Shown in pieces: positions 24,840-37,088 of a stretch of 64,000 nucleotides of DNA. Location: assembly GCF_018350175.1 (NCBI RefSeq), contig NC_058382.1, positions 56,422,001-56,486,000 of the forward strand. The letters are read 5' to 3'. Origin of the DNA: Felis catus. Lineage: Eukaryota. Both the position numbers and the translations under genes were made by a program. The notes below the pieces were generated by a model. The model was given only the letters and a program-made list of their open reading frames with translations. It was not told the origin of the DNA and made no database searches. The first letter of the stretch is position 1. The number at the start of each line of letters is the position of its first letter.

Positions 24840-25290
24840 GTTCACTCAGATATTCATCAAGCTTGAATAGATGAGAGGTCTGTGTTTGCTTCTGGGGCAC
24901 CAGAGCCAGGGATACTGCCCCCGTCCTTGGAAAGCTCACGGTCTAGCTGGGGACATCACCACAGGGGTCAGGAACAGCCTTCCAGAGGACGTGATGTAAA
25001 AACAAGTGCTTGAGAATGAGGAGTCAACCAGGTGACAGGGAGGGGGGGACACAGGTCAGGAAGAGTGTTCCAGGGTGGAGGGATAGGAGAAAGGGCTTAA
25101 GGCACCTCCGAGGGATCTGGAGAGCAGGGCCTCTGTGAGAGACACAGAACGGACAGGACTGGCAGAGAACTCCCAGGCCCCGTGTGCTAAAGGATGAGCT
25201 TAGAAATAATACCCCATGGTGACGGTGACAGGCAGATGTTAGAGGATTTTAGGCTGCAGAATGACACTATCCGGTTTGGGTTTTGTGAGT
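24840..25290 (-). mobile_element. L2 fragment
   Basis: gtccttggaaagctcacggtctag...ggaagagtgttccagg...ggattttaggc. Confidence 0.5.
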
Positions 25291-26528
25291 CGTGTCCCCA
25301 GCTCTCTGCAGCCAGAGTGGCACATGTCGGATGTCAGATAAACAGCTTTCTCACCCAGGAAGACCTGGGAGATGCATCCAGACTCCTAGGGGGGACATTC
25401 ACCGCCCTTTGAGATTAAGGGTAGCAGGAATCCAGGAGCCAGGCCTTGTGGGGCTGGTAGGGAGCTTGGATTTTATTCTAAGGATACCTAAGAGGGTTTT
25501 CAGTGAGCGAGTGACCTCCAACTTGCATTTCGGGGAGATTTATTTCAGCAAGTCGACCATAACACACAAATTGCCGTGAAATGGAAATTAATCCAAAGAC
25601 TCGTTCATTTGTTGAGAAGCCGGTACCTACCAGGCACTCGGGCAAACAGATAAAAGATAAAGCCCTGACTTCCCCAAGCTCGGCATTAACGTTCCCTTGT
25701 AGACAAGCGTAAACTAGAGAAATTTTCTTTATTCTGAATCCACATGTGGAGGAGTTGGGCAGCTCCATACGTTGGCCGGTCCTTTCCGTTTCGTTTGCTT
25801 CAGCCTCCAGGCCAAGCGAACATTCTTTGTTAAAATTCCAGGCTTTCAGTTCTGCTTTCTGTGGGGGTTTATCGGTGTGCTATCTCAAAATCATTTATTA
25901 AACACAGTTGGCTGGACCTGTTAGCTATTGATTCCTTTGATTGGCATGTGTTTTAAGATCTTTATTATGAAGACGGCTTATCTTGTCCTAGCAGCAAGGC
26001 ATTCAGTGCAAAAAAGATCGTTCCCGTATTCTTTTTCTTTCTTCTAAACGTGCACAAGTTTGCATCGCGGGCCCCCCTAAGCAGAATCCATGTTTTCTGG
26101 TACCATGTTGGAAGGGTGACTGCTCACTGAAAAGGATTTGCTTGCCCTCTGTCACTCAGGGATGCCCGTTCCCTGCCTGCCGCTGGGGCCACACTGAGCC
26201 TACGTCCGTGTGCCAGACCAGGCACTCCAGAGGTGGAGTAAAATGAAAGAAACCTGAGAAAACGCATCCTCGCTGCGTGTCGGCTTAGCGTGTCAAACAA
26301 CATTAGTGGGATCCGAGACCGGATTGACAATGTTTGACAAGCAAAAGTCAGGAGGAGAGCCCTGTGCTTTTCCAAGTCGTGTGCTTCGCACACCCACGTG
26401 GCTTTGGGGTGCACGTTCCTTTGATGGCTAACCCCTGGGGCATAGCACAAGTGGTCTTGGCCAGCTAGTCATAAAGGCTCAGAAAAGTGGGTGACTGGCA
26501 TTACACAATTAATTGTAAATGCATTTTC

Positions 26529-26745
26529 TTTCTTTCCTTTTTTTTTGTTAAAGTTTATTTTGAGAGAGAGAGAGAGAAAGAGCAAGTGGGAGGGGCAGAA
26601 AGAGAGGGAAAGAGAGAATCCCAAGCAGGCTCCACACTGTCACCACAGAGCCCAACACAGGGTTCGAACCTCTGAACCTCGAGATCACGACGTGAGTTGA
26701 AGCCAAGAGTCGGACACTTGACTGATCGGGCCACCCAGGTGCCCC
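26529..26745 (-). mobile_element. CanSINE
   Basis: Perfect TSD GTAAATGCATTTTC at 26515-26528 and 26748-26761. Confidence 0.95.
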
Positions 26746-27485
26746 ACGTAAATGCATTTTCGGTTCAAGTTTCAGTGCAGAGCCAAATGAACTTTACACA
26801 CCACAACAGCAAGACAGGGCCTGAGAAGCCTGCGGCTGTAGCAACAAGACGAAGTTTCTGGTTGCTTCTCTCTCCCAGTACTCTGCTTCTCCGGAGCACT
26901 GCGCAGGGCGCTGAGTGCAGGGCTGAGCTGCCTGCCGGGGGCTGTCCTGCCCGGGGCCTCTTCTGAAGCTGGCTCTTGCTGTCAGTAAGCAGCAGCACCC
27001 ATGATGCAGTGAACGCGTGTAGGCTTACTTAGCCTTTGTGGTCACTATTTCTCTAATCCTCACGCTGACTCAGTGAGTTAGGAACCTGTATCAATTCTCG
27101 TTTCTGCGGTCATAATCTGTCACAACCTGGTAGCTTCAAACCAAAACCCTCTGTGACCTTACAGTTCTGGAGGCCAGAAGTCAGATATGGTATCCCTGGG
27201 CTAACGTCAAGGTTTCCGCAGGTAAGGCTGGTTCCTTCTGGAGGCTTCAGGAGAATCCATTTCCTTGCTTCCTCCAGCTTCTAGAGCACGCCCCCTACCC
27301 CCGACTGGCCTTGGCTTGTGGCCTCTTCCTCCGTCTTCAGAGCCAACAACAGAGGGTTGATTTCCTGCTCGCACTGACATCTTTCTGGTTCTCTACTCAT
27401 TCTCTGTCTCGTGTTTAAGGACTCTGCAGTCACATGGGCTCCACTTGGCTAATCCTGAATAATCTCCTTATTTTAAGTGCAGCTG

Positions 27486-27711
27486 GGGGCGCCTGGGTGG
27501 CTCAGTTGGTTAAGCGTCCGACTCTTAATTTTGACTCGGGTCATGATCTTCCCTTTTGTGAGTTTGAGCCCCGCATTAGGCTGTACCTTGACGGCACGAG
27601 GCCTGCTTGGGAATCTCTGTCTCCCCCTCTCTCTCTACCTCTCTCCCTCTTTCACTTAAAAATAAATTAATAAACATTTTAAAACACAAATCTTTGAAAA
27701 ATAAATAAATA
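27486..27711 (+). mobile_element. CanSINE A (outer)
   Basis: ggggcgcctgggtggctcag head; tail split by later insertions and resumes at about 28146-28172. Confidence 0.93.
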
Positions 27712-27914
27712 GGGGCGCCTGGGTGGCTCAGTCGGTTAAGCCTCCAACTTCGGCTCAGGTCATGATCTCGTAGTTTGTAAGTTCGAGCCCCCTGTTGGGC
27801 TCTGTGATGACAGCTCAGAGCCTGGAGCCTCCTTTGGCTTCTGTGTCTCCTTCTCTGTCTCTGCCCTCCTCTGCTCACGCTCTGTCCCTCTCTCTTCAAA
27901 AATAAATAAACATC
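27712..27914 (+). mobile_element. CanSINE B (in tail of A)
   Basis: TSD AAAAATAAATAAATA at 27697-27711 and 28131-28145. Confidence 0.93.
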
Positions 27915-28119
27915 GGGGCACCTGGGTGGCTCAGTCGGTTGGGCGGCTGACTTCGGCTCGGGTCATGATCTCGCGGTCCGTGAGCTCAAGCCCCACGTCG
28001 GGCTCTGTGCTGACGGCTCGGAGCCTGGAGCCTGTTTCAGATTCTGTGTCTCCCTCTCTCTGACCCTCCCCTGTTCATGCTCTGAAAAATAAATAAAACG
28101 TTAAAAATTTTTTTAAAAA
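27915..28119 (+). mobile_element. CanSINE C (in tail of B)
   Basis: aataaacat repeated at about 27905-27913 and 28121-28129. Confidence 0.93.
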
Positions 28120-28887
28120 AAATAAACATTAAAAATAAATAAATAGTAAATCAATCAATCAATCAATCAATAAATCGGCTGGCCAGCACATTAATTCCAT
28201 TTGCAACCTTAGCTCCCCTTTGTCCGGAACCTAACATAGTCACAGTTTCTAAGGACCAGGATATGGACACCTCTGGGGGCCACCATTCTGCCTATCACCA
28301 TACCCCCCTTCTACAGATGAAACAGTAGAGGCACTGAGCAGGCTAGGAATTTGTACACCGTCACCCATGCTGGTAAGTGATGGATGGTCTTCAGCTCGGC
28401 CCCACCTACAGCCACCTGCTGTACCTGGGGACAGAGGGCACAGCCGCCAGTGTGGCTGCCAACAGAGAGAACTAGAAAGGGGAGACCCTCGGCCGGCCCT
28501 CTGTGGCAGTCCCGTGATTCTCTCTCTTAATGGTTGGAGGCAACTCGCTGATGGGTTTTCCCACCAGAGCACCAGTGTCCAGGCCTCTTTCACACTGTCC
28601 TCATTTCTCTTCTTGAAGAGAAGACGTTGCTTACGTTGAAGTGTTTAGAGTTTCATTGTGTTTTACGAGGATTGTCTTCTTCAGGGCAAGTGAGAATCAG
28701 GGAATGGTTGGACGCTGGATTTTCATGTCATTTCATTGCTGCTTTGGATCCATTACTTAGCCCAAGGGGAGGCCCCAAAGAGTGACCTGCTGTCATGCCC
28801 TCTTACCCACGGGATGGAGTATCAATTATTCAGCGTCATTAGGCAGGTACCAGCACACCTGATACTAACCCTACGCTAGTCTTCACT

Positions 28888-29106
28888 TTATTTATTTTTA
28901 TTTTTTTTAATGTTTATTTATTTATTTTGAGACAGAGAGAGAGCAAGCAGGAGAGGGGCAGACAGAGAGGGAGAGAGAATCCCAAGCAGGCTCAGCGCTG
29001 CCAGCACGGAACCCGATCTCACGGGGCTCAGTCTCACGGACCATGAGATCACGACCTGAGTTGAAATCAAGAGCTGGACTCTCAACTGACTGAACCCCCC
29101 GGGTGC
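28888..29106 (-). mobile_element. CanSINE
   Basis: T-rich tail, gagagaatcccaagcaggctc body. Confidence 0.9.
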
Positions 29107-29536
29107 TTTCCTCTAAAGTGAAAGCGCGTAGGCCTTGGACCCAGGCAGCTGCAGAGTCCTGCCCCAGTGCAACTTACACAAAATGGCGGCAGCCTGGCTT
29201 GGCTCCACACTGACTATGTCGCATTTCCTGAGCGATCTCTTCAAAGGGCCCCCTGCCATGCCAGGGACACTGCTTGAGGCACAAGGGACTTGAGAATGAA
29301 TAGAGCAAGAGCTTTATACTCCTAAGAACCTTGAAGGTAGACACTCTTTTTTTTTTTTTTTCCTTTTTTTATTTGGAGAAACTGGGGCTTAGGCAATGTC
29401 AGGACACAGGTCACATAGCTATAGGTGAAAGGGCCAAATGACAAACCTGCTTCCTCTGTCTCCAGAGCCCAGGCTGCACGCATTGACTCCATCACACTTG
29501 ATGGAAGTGATGAGTGCTTGGCTTGCTCACTTAAGC

Positions 29537-29746
29537 CAGGGTTCTCACCTAAGAGTGGTGCTGGCCCGCAGGATCAGGGGTCGTGTTGGGAGGCATTTCT
29601 CTTGTCACCTCAGGGAGAGGGATGCTACGGACAGGCGGTGGGTAGATACCAGGAATGCCACCAAACCTCCTACATTCCCAGGACAGTGCCCACCCAAAGA
29701 ATGATCCAGCCCCATAGACCAACTATGCCACCGCTGAGAAACTCTG
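29537..29746 (+). mobile_element. MER20-like DNA transposon
   Basis: cagggttctcacc...caggacagtgcccacccaaagaatgatccagccc...gctgagaaactctg. Confidence 0.8.
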
Positions 29747-29778
29747 GTATAAAATGAGAAGGATCAAACCTACCCCTG

Positions 29779-29982
29779 GGGGCAGGGTGGTGCCTAGGTG
29801 GCTCAGTCGGTTAAGCATCAGACCTCTGCTCAGGTCACGATCTTGCAGTCTGTGAGTTCGAGCCCCGCGTTGGGCTCTGTGCGGACAGCTCGGAGCCTGG
29901 AGCCTGTTTCAGATTCTGTGTCTCCCTCTCTCTGTGCCCCTGCCCGCCCCCTCTCCCTCAAAAATAAAGAAACCTTAAAAAC
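29779..29982 (+). mobile_element. CanSINE
   Basis: TSD aaacctacccc (29766-29776) / aaacccacccc (29991-30001). Confidence 0.92.
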
Positions 29983-31317
29983 ATTTTTTTAAACCCACCC
30001 CGTAGGGTTGCTGTGAGCTCTGCATGGGATCACGTGTGTGCTCAGAGGGTGAGCCTGGCATCTAACCAACGCGAGTTTTCACCAACCCAACTCCAGGGTA
30101 GCTGGCGACCTGGCCCCAGCGTCTCCACCCCTGATTCTGAGACACGCCCCGTAATGTTCTAGCAGAGCTCACCAGCGTTCGCTCTTTATTCTTCATGGTG
30201 TTTTTAATTTAATTTTTTTTTTTTTCTCATTGCAGAAGACAAATCCCATTTCCTGACTCCTGAGGGAAAACTAATTCCGGCAAAGGCCATTTGTCTTTGG
30301 TACCTTAAGATCTCGATAATTTACTGCAAGTTTATTTTTATTGAAAATTATGTAGATATTATTCAGAAACACAATTTCCAACTATACGGAACACTTAAGC
30401 AGATTATATTTTAAGTGTTAATACATAGAGTGAGGATATATGCTCGAATGTGCATTTCTTAGAGACATTTTTTTTTCTTTTTTTATGACTCTCTGCCTTT
30501 GAGATCCTCAAACTTGTGTGCCATGAAGTGCTGAAGGATTAAAATATTTTCCAAATGGATATTATGTTATAAGTTATGGGTTGTTACCATTTGACTGCAG
30601 TTCAAACTCATGGCACTTTATATCGCTTATATGATTAATTCAGAAATGATTTGCATTTAAATGCATTTAAGATCTTTTACTTGTGATTCCAAATGTACCT
30701 ATTTTAAGCCTGGCGGAGGCACTACAGTCTCTAAAGTGTGTGGACCACCCTCCCTCAGTTAGGTGGACCCAAAAAGGATTCAGATATTAATATATAGCAT
30801 AGCTTTTTCAAAGCGTTTCTGGGAACTGTGAGAACTGAGAAAGAGTTGCCCATCAGAGCACAGGGGCACATGCACGCACGCTCCCTTGGGAACATCTGGG
30901 AAACACCAAAAGTTTGGGAAACACTGAAAATTGTAATTGCTTCTTGAAAACTCACAGTGCACATTTAACACAGTAAAGACATTTTAAAGACCTGCAGTTG
31001 AGAAACCTGTTGAAGCCAGCAAATTCCACATATTTAAAAACGCAAGCGTTCAACAGCATTCTCCTAGAGGAACTATTAACCATTATAAAAAAAAAAAATC
31101 GCACTTTGGATAATGTTGGGGGGGAAATATTTGATTAATGAGATCAGAAAGGAGCTGTCAGCATGGAGAGGCCCGATGGATGTCCACCCACTTTCCTGGG
31201 ACGCTGCACGGTCAGCCAGGGAAAAACGATCCTGGAGACATTTTGACATTCTTTCTCCATGAATGTAGTGGAAACTGGTTCCCATCACTTCCTGTCGTTT
31301 CAGTTTGTCCATGACCT

Positions 31318-31657
31318 GATAAACAAATGTGGTCTGTGCACACAATGGGATATTATTCAGCCATTACATCAGGACGACGTACTGATACACGCGGAGAATT
31401 CTCGAAAACATGATGCCGAGTGAAAGCCAGACACAGAAGGTCGCATGTTGTGTGATTCCACCAGTACGAAGTGACTCCGACAGGGAGATCCGTAGAAACA
31501 GAAAGCTGATGAACGGGGAATAATGGGTATGGGGTTTCCTTTGGGGTTGGTGAAACTAGATAGTGGTAACGGTCCTGCAGCATTGTGACTCCTCTAAATG
31601 TCATTCACTTGTGCTCCTTAAAAGGATTAATTTTGTATTTTGTGAATTCACCTCAAT
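31318..31657 (+). mobile_element. L1MB-like 3' end
   Basis: taaacaaatgtggt...tattattcagccat...agccagacacagaagg...tgtgaattcacctcaat. Confidence 0.85.
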
Positions 31658-32287
31658 CTTCTTTAAATCGTGGGGAATAGAAAATGGTGAGGGAGGAGGG
31701 AATGACAGGGCAGGAAAACCAGGAGTAAAGAGGGAGTGGAGGAGGGGGAGGAGAGAGAAGAGGGAGAGGTGGGCGAGGCTGAGGGGGACAGAGAAGATCA
31801 GGGGGCTGTCCCACCGTGGTCTGCAGGGCAGCATGGACAACTGATCCACGTTGGACAACTTGAGGAAAATATAGCCTAAAGAGAGGTTCAGAACACAAGA
31901 CTGGCCGTTGAGAGAAGGTGGAAGAGAAGGCGGTTCCCTTGACTGAGAACACACAGCAGGGCAATGTGTTAATGACCGTAGCTTGGTGGCCCACACTTAT
32001 GTCTTTGCTCTGGAGAGGGGGGCAGGTGGCCATGACACTAACAAAGCTGAACTTTCAGGGCCGTTTCTTGGTTGGGCCCTTCTGAAGCCCTGTTCCCCGT
32101 GTTGTGTTGTGACTTTGTGTTCTGCTTAAAGTAGACCGCCAAATTGCATAACCTTCAGTTTCCCCACAACTTGGATCAACCCCTGTGAGCTAGCCTGGTA
32201 GAGCCTGTGTCTCTTCTGACATTGTCAAACTTCACACTCATTAGTGCCTGCTAAAAGCCAGGTGCTTGCATATCATGGAAGGACTAG

Positions 32288-32493
32288 ACAAATGTGGTCC
32301 ATTGGAGCTTTGTGCAGTGATGGAAGTGCCTGCTTCTGCACTATCCAATATGGCACAGGCCAATATGGTGGCCACTGAGCACCGGAACTACGGCTAGTGT
32401 AATAATGAAATTGAACTCTTCACTTTATTTAATTTTAGTTTATTTTAATTTAAATAGGCACGTGGCTGGTAGCTACTATGTAGGCAACTGCAG
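32288..32493. mobile_element. MER3-like hAT DNA transposon
   Basis: tgcagtgatggaa...ctgcactatccaatatgg...atttaaataggcacgtggctggtagctac. Confidence 0.75.
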
Positions 32494-32554
32494 ATCCAGG
32501 AAATCTTGGGTGAAAAGCTACCTTTAGCATCGTACAAGTCTATGTTCATATTAG

Positions 32555-32732
32555 TGTTACCTCTTGCTAGCTGTGTCCTTGAAGGCAGGTTGCTTAATCT
32601 GTGGGCCTTAGTTTCCTGACCTGTGAAAAGGAAGCAATGAGAGGACCTACTTCCTAGAGCTTTTGTCAAGATGAAATGAGATATTGTATGTTGAGTGCAC
32701 AGAACTGAGCGTCTAGTGAGTGCTTTGCTAAA
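32555..32732 (+). mobile_element. MIR
   Basis: tagctgtgtccttgaaggcaggttgcttaatctgtgggccttagtttcc. Confidence 0.7.
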
Positions 32733-34149
32733 CATTGTTTGTGCCTTCTGATGTTGGCTTCATCCAGGCTTTACACTGGAGTGCTTTGAAGAAATGACGT
32801 ATCAGAGATGATGTAACTATGCTCAGGGTCATATAACCAACCAGAAGACAGGAAGGTGGGAATCTAGTCCCATGTGTTCCAAAGTCAAGGTCCATGGGTT
32901 TGCTGTCACACTGTGTTTCTTCCTCCTTGGAATCCTTGGTTGCCAAGTTCATTTCTACCAAGGGAATAAGACGGGGATTGAGGAACAGCTCTTGTTTTTC
33001 TCCATAAGCTGGTCCGTTCAGTATGAGCTGCTCTATTCTTTGTTGAGAAAAGATGTCTAGGAGCCGTTGAAATCCTAGGGAAAACTCGTGAGTGGTGAGT
33101 AGGCTTCTGTCTCCACAGTGGTCTTTGTTTCTTGCATAGGTTGGTTCCAGGTAGGTTCTGGGCTGGACTGGCAACCAAGACCCCTGTCTCTGCCATGTCA
33201 ACCACCTGAAAGTTCTGACTGAGTCAAATCCTTCAGATGCACTGCTCATTCAACCAATCTTGGCTTGTGTTTTGAGACATCGAACATCCCCTTTTGAATA
33301 CTTTCTTCTTCATTCTGTACAAAGCTGTCTCCAAATCCTAGAGGACTAGGTCTGACATAGATCCAGGCAAGACAGACCTCTTTTGTTCCAGCCATGTTGC
33401 GAGGAACACATACATGCTGCTGTCCTCACCTCTGGGCTAAGAGTTGGGGCCTGGAATGAATCTCTTACTGAGATCTGAGAGGTGAATCAGCCCCTGCAAA
33501 ACACTCTGTGTGTGCCGTTGAAAGCATCTGGATTATGCTCTCAAGAAAAGCTGGTCTGGGGGCTAATGCTTCACTGCCCACCCTAAATACAGTGCCTGTC
33601 TTGTCACACTGGCTCTTTAACCGCCCTGACCATGTCATTCTTAAGAGAAACAGAGTGAGGTTTCATTAATGGGAGAGATCAGCGGTAGCTCGGTTATAAG
33701 TTATCGCTGTAGACGCAGAGCAGCAGGGTTAGGTCCTCAAGTTGGAAATAAAAAAGACGAATGGGAAGAGGCAGTGAAGTTAGTGCCTTCCCGCCTGGGT
33801 GCTTTGCCACCAGAGCGCGAGGGAAGACGGGAAAGCCCTTTCAAAACACAGAGTGGCTACCAAAGGCAATTAATACCTTTTAATCTGAAAAAGATCCATC
33901 TGCCCTGCTAAGATTCACGTGCCTCCCTCCAACACCGTGGCCCCAGGATGGTCCTCTTTTGTTACCCATTGAGCTGGGGGCATCACACTGGCTAGCTCTC
34001 TAGCTGCCTGTAACTGTCAGCCTTTCCCAAAGGTCCTAGGGGCCCCAGCATGTCAGGAAGACAGAAAGGTATGGCAGCATTATAACCAGTCTATTCCCCG
34101 TGACTGCATTTGCTTATTCTGAAGTGTCCCTTCTCTTTCCCTCCTGCCC

Positions 34150-35150
34150 CACTCACTCACTCACTCACTCATTCACACACTCAATTCAGCAGATGGCTGT
34201 TCGGCTCCTACCACCTGTCCGACACTGTTCGGGGCACTAAGCGATGACCCAGAGTTCCTGCTTTTGGGGAACTTATAGCAAGAGAGCAGGCAGGTGCTGC
34301 TAAGTGCCCCTGAGTAAAGTTAAAGAGGGCGAGGAGGACGATAAAGGTGAGGAGTAAGCAATATTCTGTTTTATATGGGATCGTCCAGGCTGGCCTCTGT
34401 GAAGAGGAGACCGTTAAGGAGAGGCCTGATGAAAAAGCAGGATGTGAGCCTTGCAGAAATTTGCACAGAAAGAGAGACACACGGGTGAGCAGCCAGCCAG
34501 ACTGAGGACTGAGAGTGCTACAAAAGCCAGGGTCCTGCGGCCTGGGAAGGAGCTCAGGGAAACCCCTAGGGAAGGATTTTTAGCCTTTGCTGAGGTGACC
34601 TCGATTCTTTCCCCAGGGCTGGAGCCGTTTCAACAGCCCTGAGAGCAAGTGCAAAGGCCCTGGGGGCAGAAGTGAGCTCGGTATGTTTAAAGAAGATAGG
34701 AGGAGGAGGAAGGGGATCCCGCAAGGCCTTGCGGTCCTTCGTGTGGGCTTTGGCTTCTGAGTGAAATGGGAGACGTTGAAGGTTTTGAGCAGGGGCAGGA
34801 TGCAATGCGCCACGTCTGTCACCAGGGATTCTGGCAGGGGCGTGGCAGGTAGGCTGAAGGGGGCCTCAGTGAACGCAGAAAACCAGGCAGCAGGCTACAG
34901 GCTCTGGTGGCAGGCAGGTGAGAGAGGGTGGAGGTTGGTGATAAGAGGGGGTGGGACATGAGATGTGTCTAGTAGAAAGAGACAAGAGCATTTGCTGCTG
35001 GATTAAATGCAGGATGTGAGAAAAAGAGGCCTGGAGAGGGACTAGGGGTCACAAGGAGGGACAGCTTGCCGTTTACTGAGGTGGGGTGACGGAGAGGAAC
35101 ACACACCCAGAGGAAGCCCGTGCCATATGGAGATGCCGTTAGATACACGG
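34150..35150 (-). mobile_element. L2 LINE, about 1 kb
   Basis: (CACT)n/cattc tail, agcaagtgcaaaggccctg, ttctgagtgaaatggga...gaaggttttgagcaggg, atttgctgctggatt. Confidence 0.75.
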
Positions 35151-35417
35151 GACGGTCACCCTCTGGGACTAAAACTTTCTGAATCGCAGCCAAGTAAGCT
35201 CAAACCAAGGTTTTCTAAATCCGACGCATTTGGAGGAGCTGAATGGCCCTTCAGGATGGGCTGGGCTTCTGGAAGGATGTACAGGCCCCCGCAGGGTGAG
35301 CCCACCCATGGCGGCCACAGGATCCATCATGGCTTAGGGCATTAGGCATCTCAGTCCCAGGCACAGTAAGATACCTGGGAGGGGAAGGTGTGTCAGGGGA
35401 CTGTCTTCTTGGAGGAC

Positions 35418-35606
35418 CTATTTGTCAGCTTGGGCCACCATAACAAAATGCCGCAGACTGGCACTTAAACCACGGGAATTCATTCTCACCTTTCTGGAGG
35501 CCAGAATCGAGGTGTTGGGAGGGCTGGTGTCTCCCCAGCCCTCTCTCTTGCCTTGGAGACGGTTGTCTTCTCGCTGAGACCCTACGCGGTCTCTTCTCTC
35601 TGTGTG
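35418..35606 (-). mobile_element. MaLR LTR fragment (MLT1A/B-like)
   Basis: ccataacaaaatgccgcagactgg...ttctggaggccagaa...agggctggt. Confidence 0.75.
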
Positions 35607-35836
35607 AGCCGCGGTGCAAAACTGAGGAAACTGAGGCACAGAGAGGTTACGTGGCTTATGCAAGACATGGTTAGTAATCTAGCAATCGGTGGAATCCTGT
35701 CCTGGCAAGCTGGATATCAGGTCATCATACTTACGTGAAGTCCGTGTTTGAGAGCTCAGCCTCAGCGAAAGTGAAGCTTTATTGCAATAATAAATCTATC
35801 GAACAAATGCTTTATCCCTACTGCCTTAGATTTAGA

Positions 35837-35863
35837 TTTTTTTTTTTTTTTTTTTTTTTTTTT
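35837..35863. repeat. Poly-T (27 nt)
   Basis: Uninterrupted T run. Confidence 0.95.
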
Positions 35864-36568
35864 GGAAATACAGCATCACCATTTTCAGTGTATCTTCCTC
35901 ATCAACTATGAAGCCTTTGCACGTACGGCTTTACCAGCTTCGTGGAAAAGGCTTTCGGGGACCCACCCATTTCACACCCATAGAAATGCAGAATTCTGAA
36001 GCCCGTCCACACGTCTGCCGTGTGGACAGGCTTAGAAATAAATTAGAACTATACATAAGTGCCAAGCTTTCTGCTTGGCGAAGGTGTATTGACCATTCTT
36101 TCTTTCTGCATCCATTTATGTTTCATTGCCGACTTTTCTGTCTGTATTTTCGTCTACAGCTCTGTCTTTACTGATAGTGTTTGTTTTAGATTTGTGAGCT
36201 GTGAGAGGGGCTGAGGCAGCACGCTTTAGACGGACTCCTCTGTGTTGGCACAGCACGTTGTAAATAAAGACCCAGTAATTCATTCAACAAACAGCTAGTG
36301 AGCGGTTACTGCGCGTGAAGCAGAGTGCAGGGCGCATGGCTGATATTCAAAGGTGTGGCATCAGGGATTCCTGTTTCCCCAGAATCACATTATTAGTGAT
36401 AACAGTGTTGGGGGACCAGTTTTATAGAGCCCTATCCTGCCTTATCTGCCAGGAGCTGTACTCTGTGTTTGACACGCATTCTCTTGATTACTCTGGGCTA
36501 CTGAGCAGTGTTTCCCAAAGCGTGTTCCTCAGAACACTCTTTGTGGAAAAGTGTCGATGGATGCTGTA

Positions 36569-37088
36569 TGTCAGGGGTCCGCAAGACCACCCCAGGTTTT
36601 GGTAGTTCTCTAACAGAACTTAAGGACTCAGCCTGTGGTTATTCTCAAGCAAAATCAGCGTCAGCAAAGGTGCCTGGGGCGGCATTCAGAGGAAACCAGT
36701 TGTGAGCTGCAGGTGCCCAGAGGCGCCTTTATATTTCCTGAAGGAGTCACCCAGGATGTGCTAATTCCCCCAACACCGAGTTGTGCCAGCCTGGGAAAGC
36801 GCACTGGAGACTAAGTGCCCAGGTTTTTTATTGAGGACAGGTCACATAGGCATCCTCCGCCTGGCATGTAACAAGATTGCAGACTTCCAGAAGGAAAGCA
36901 GGTATTCAGCATAAATTGTATAGTTTTGCACAAACAGGTTAGGCCCAGTGAGCCATTCGTATCAGCTAGGGAGTGGTGAGAACCCTTCCCAAATCCAAGT
37001 TCCAGATGCCAGGCAAGGGCCAGCCTTGGAAGCAGACCTTTGGGGGGACAGCTGAGTCAGACCCACTGTGTTAGCTCTTTTCTGCCCA
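36569..37088 (-). mobile_element. MER21-like LTR
   Basis: tgtcaggggtccgcaagaccaccccagg...aaatccaagttccagatgcca...tgttagctcttttctgccca; flanks ctgta/ctgtc. Confidence 0.8.

Larger units (their letters stand above)
27087..28300 (-). mobile_element. MaLR LTR (MLT1D-like) interrupted by three SINEs
   Basis: ttacagttctggaggccagaagtc...ggagaatccatttccttgc...aataatctccttattttaag, resuming ttaattccatttgcaacc...ccattctgcctatcac. Confidence 0.85.

Noticed and set aside
30790..31030. Possible hAT fossil (aagtttgggaaacactg)
   Set aside because: Too decayed to assign a family or boundaries by eye.
32728..33249. 173-aa ORF, the longest in the track (also the 169-aa ORF at 39378-39887)
   Set aside because: No recognisable domain; length is compatible with chance in 64 kb over six frames.
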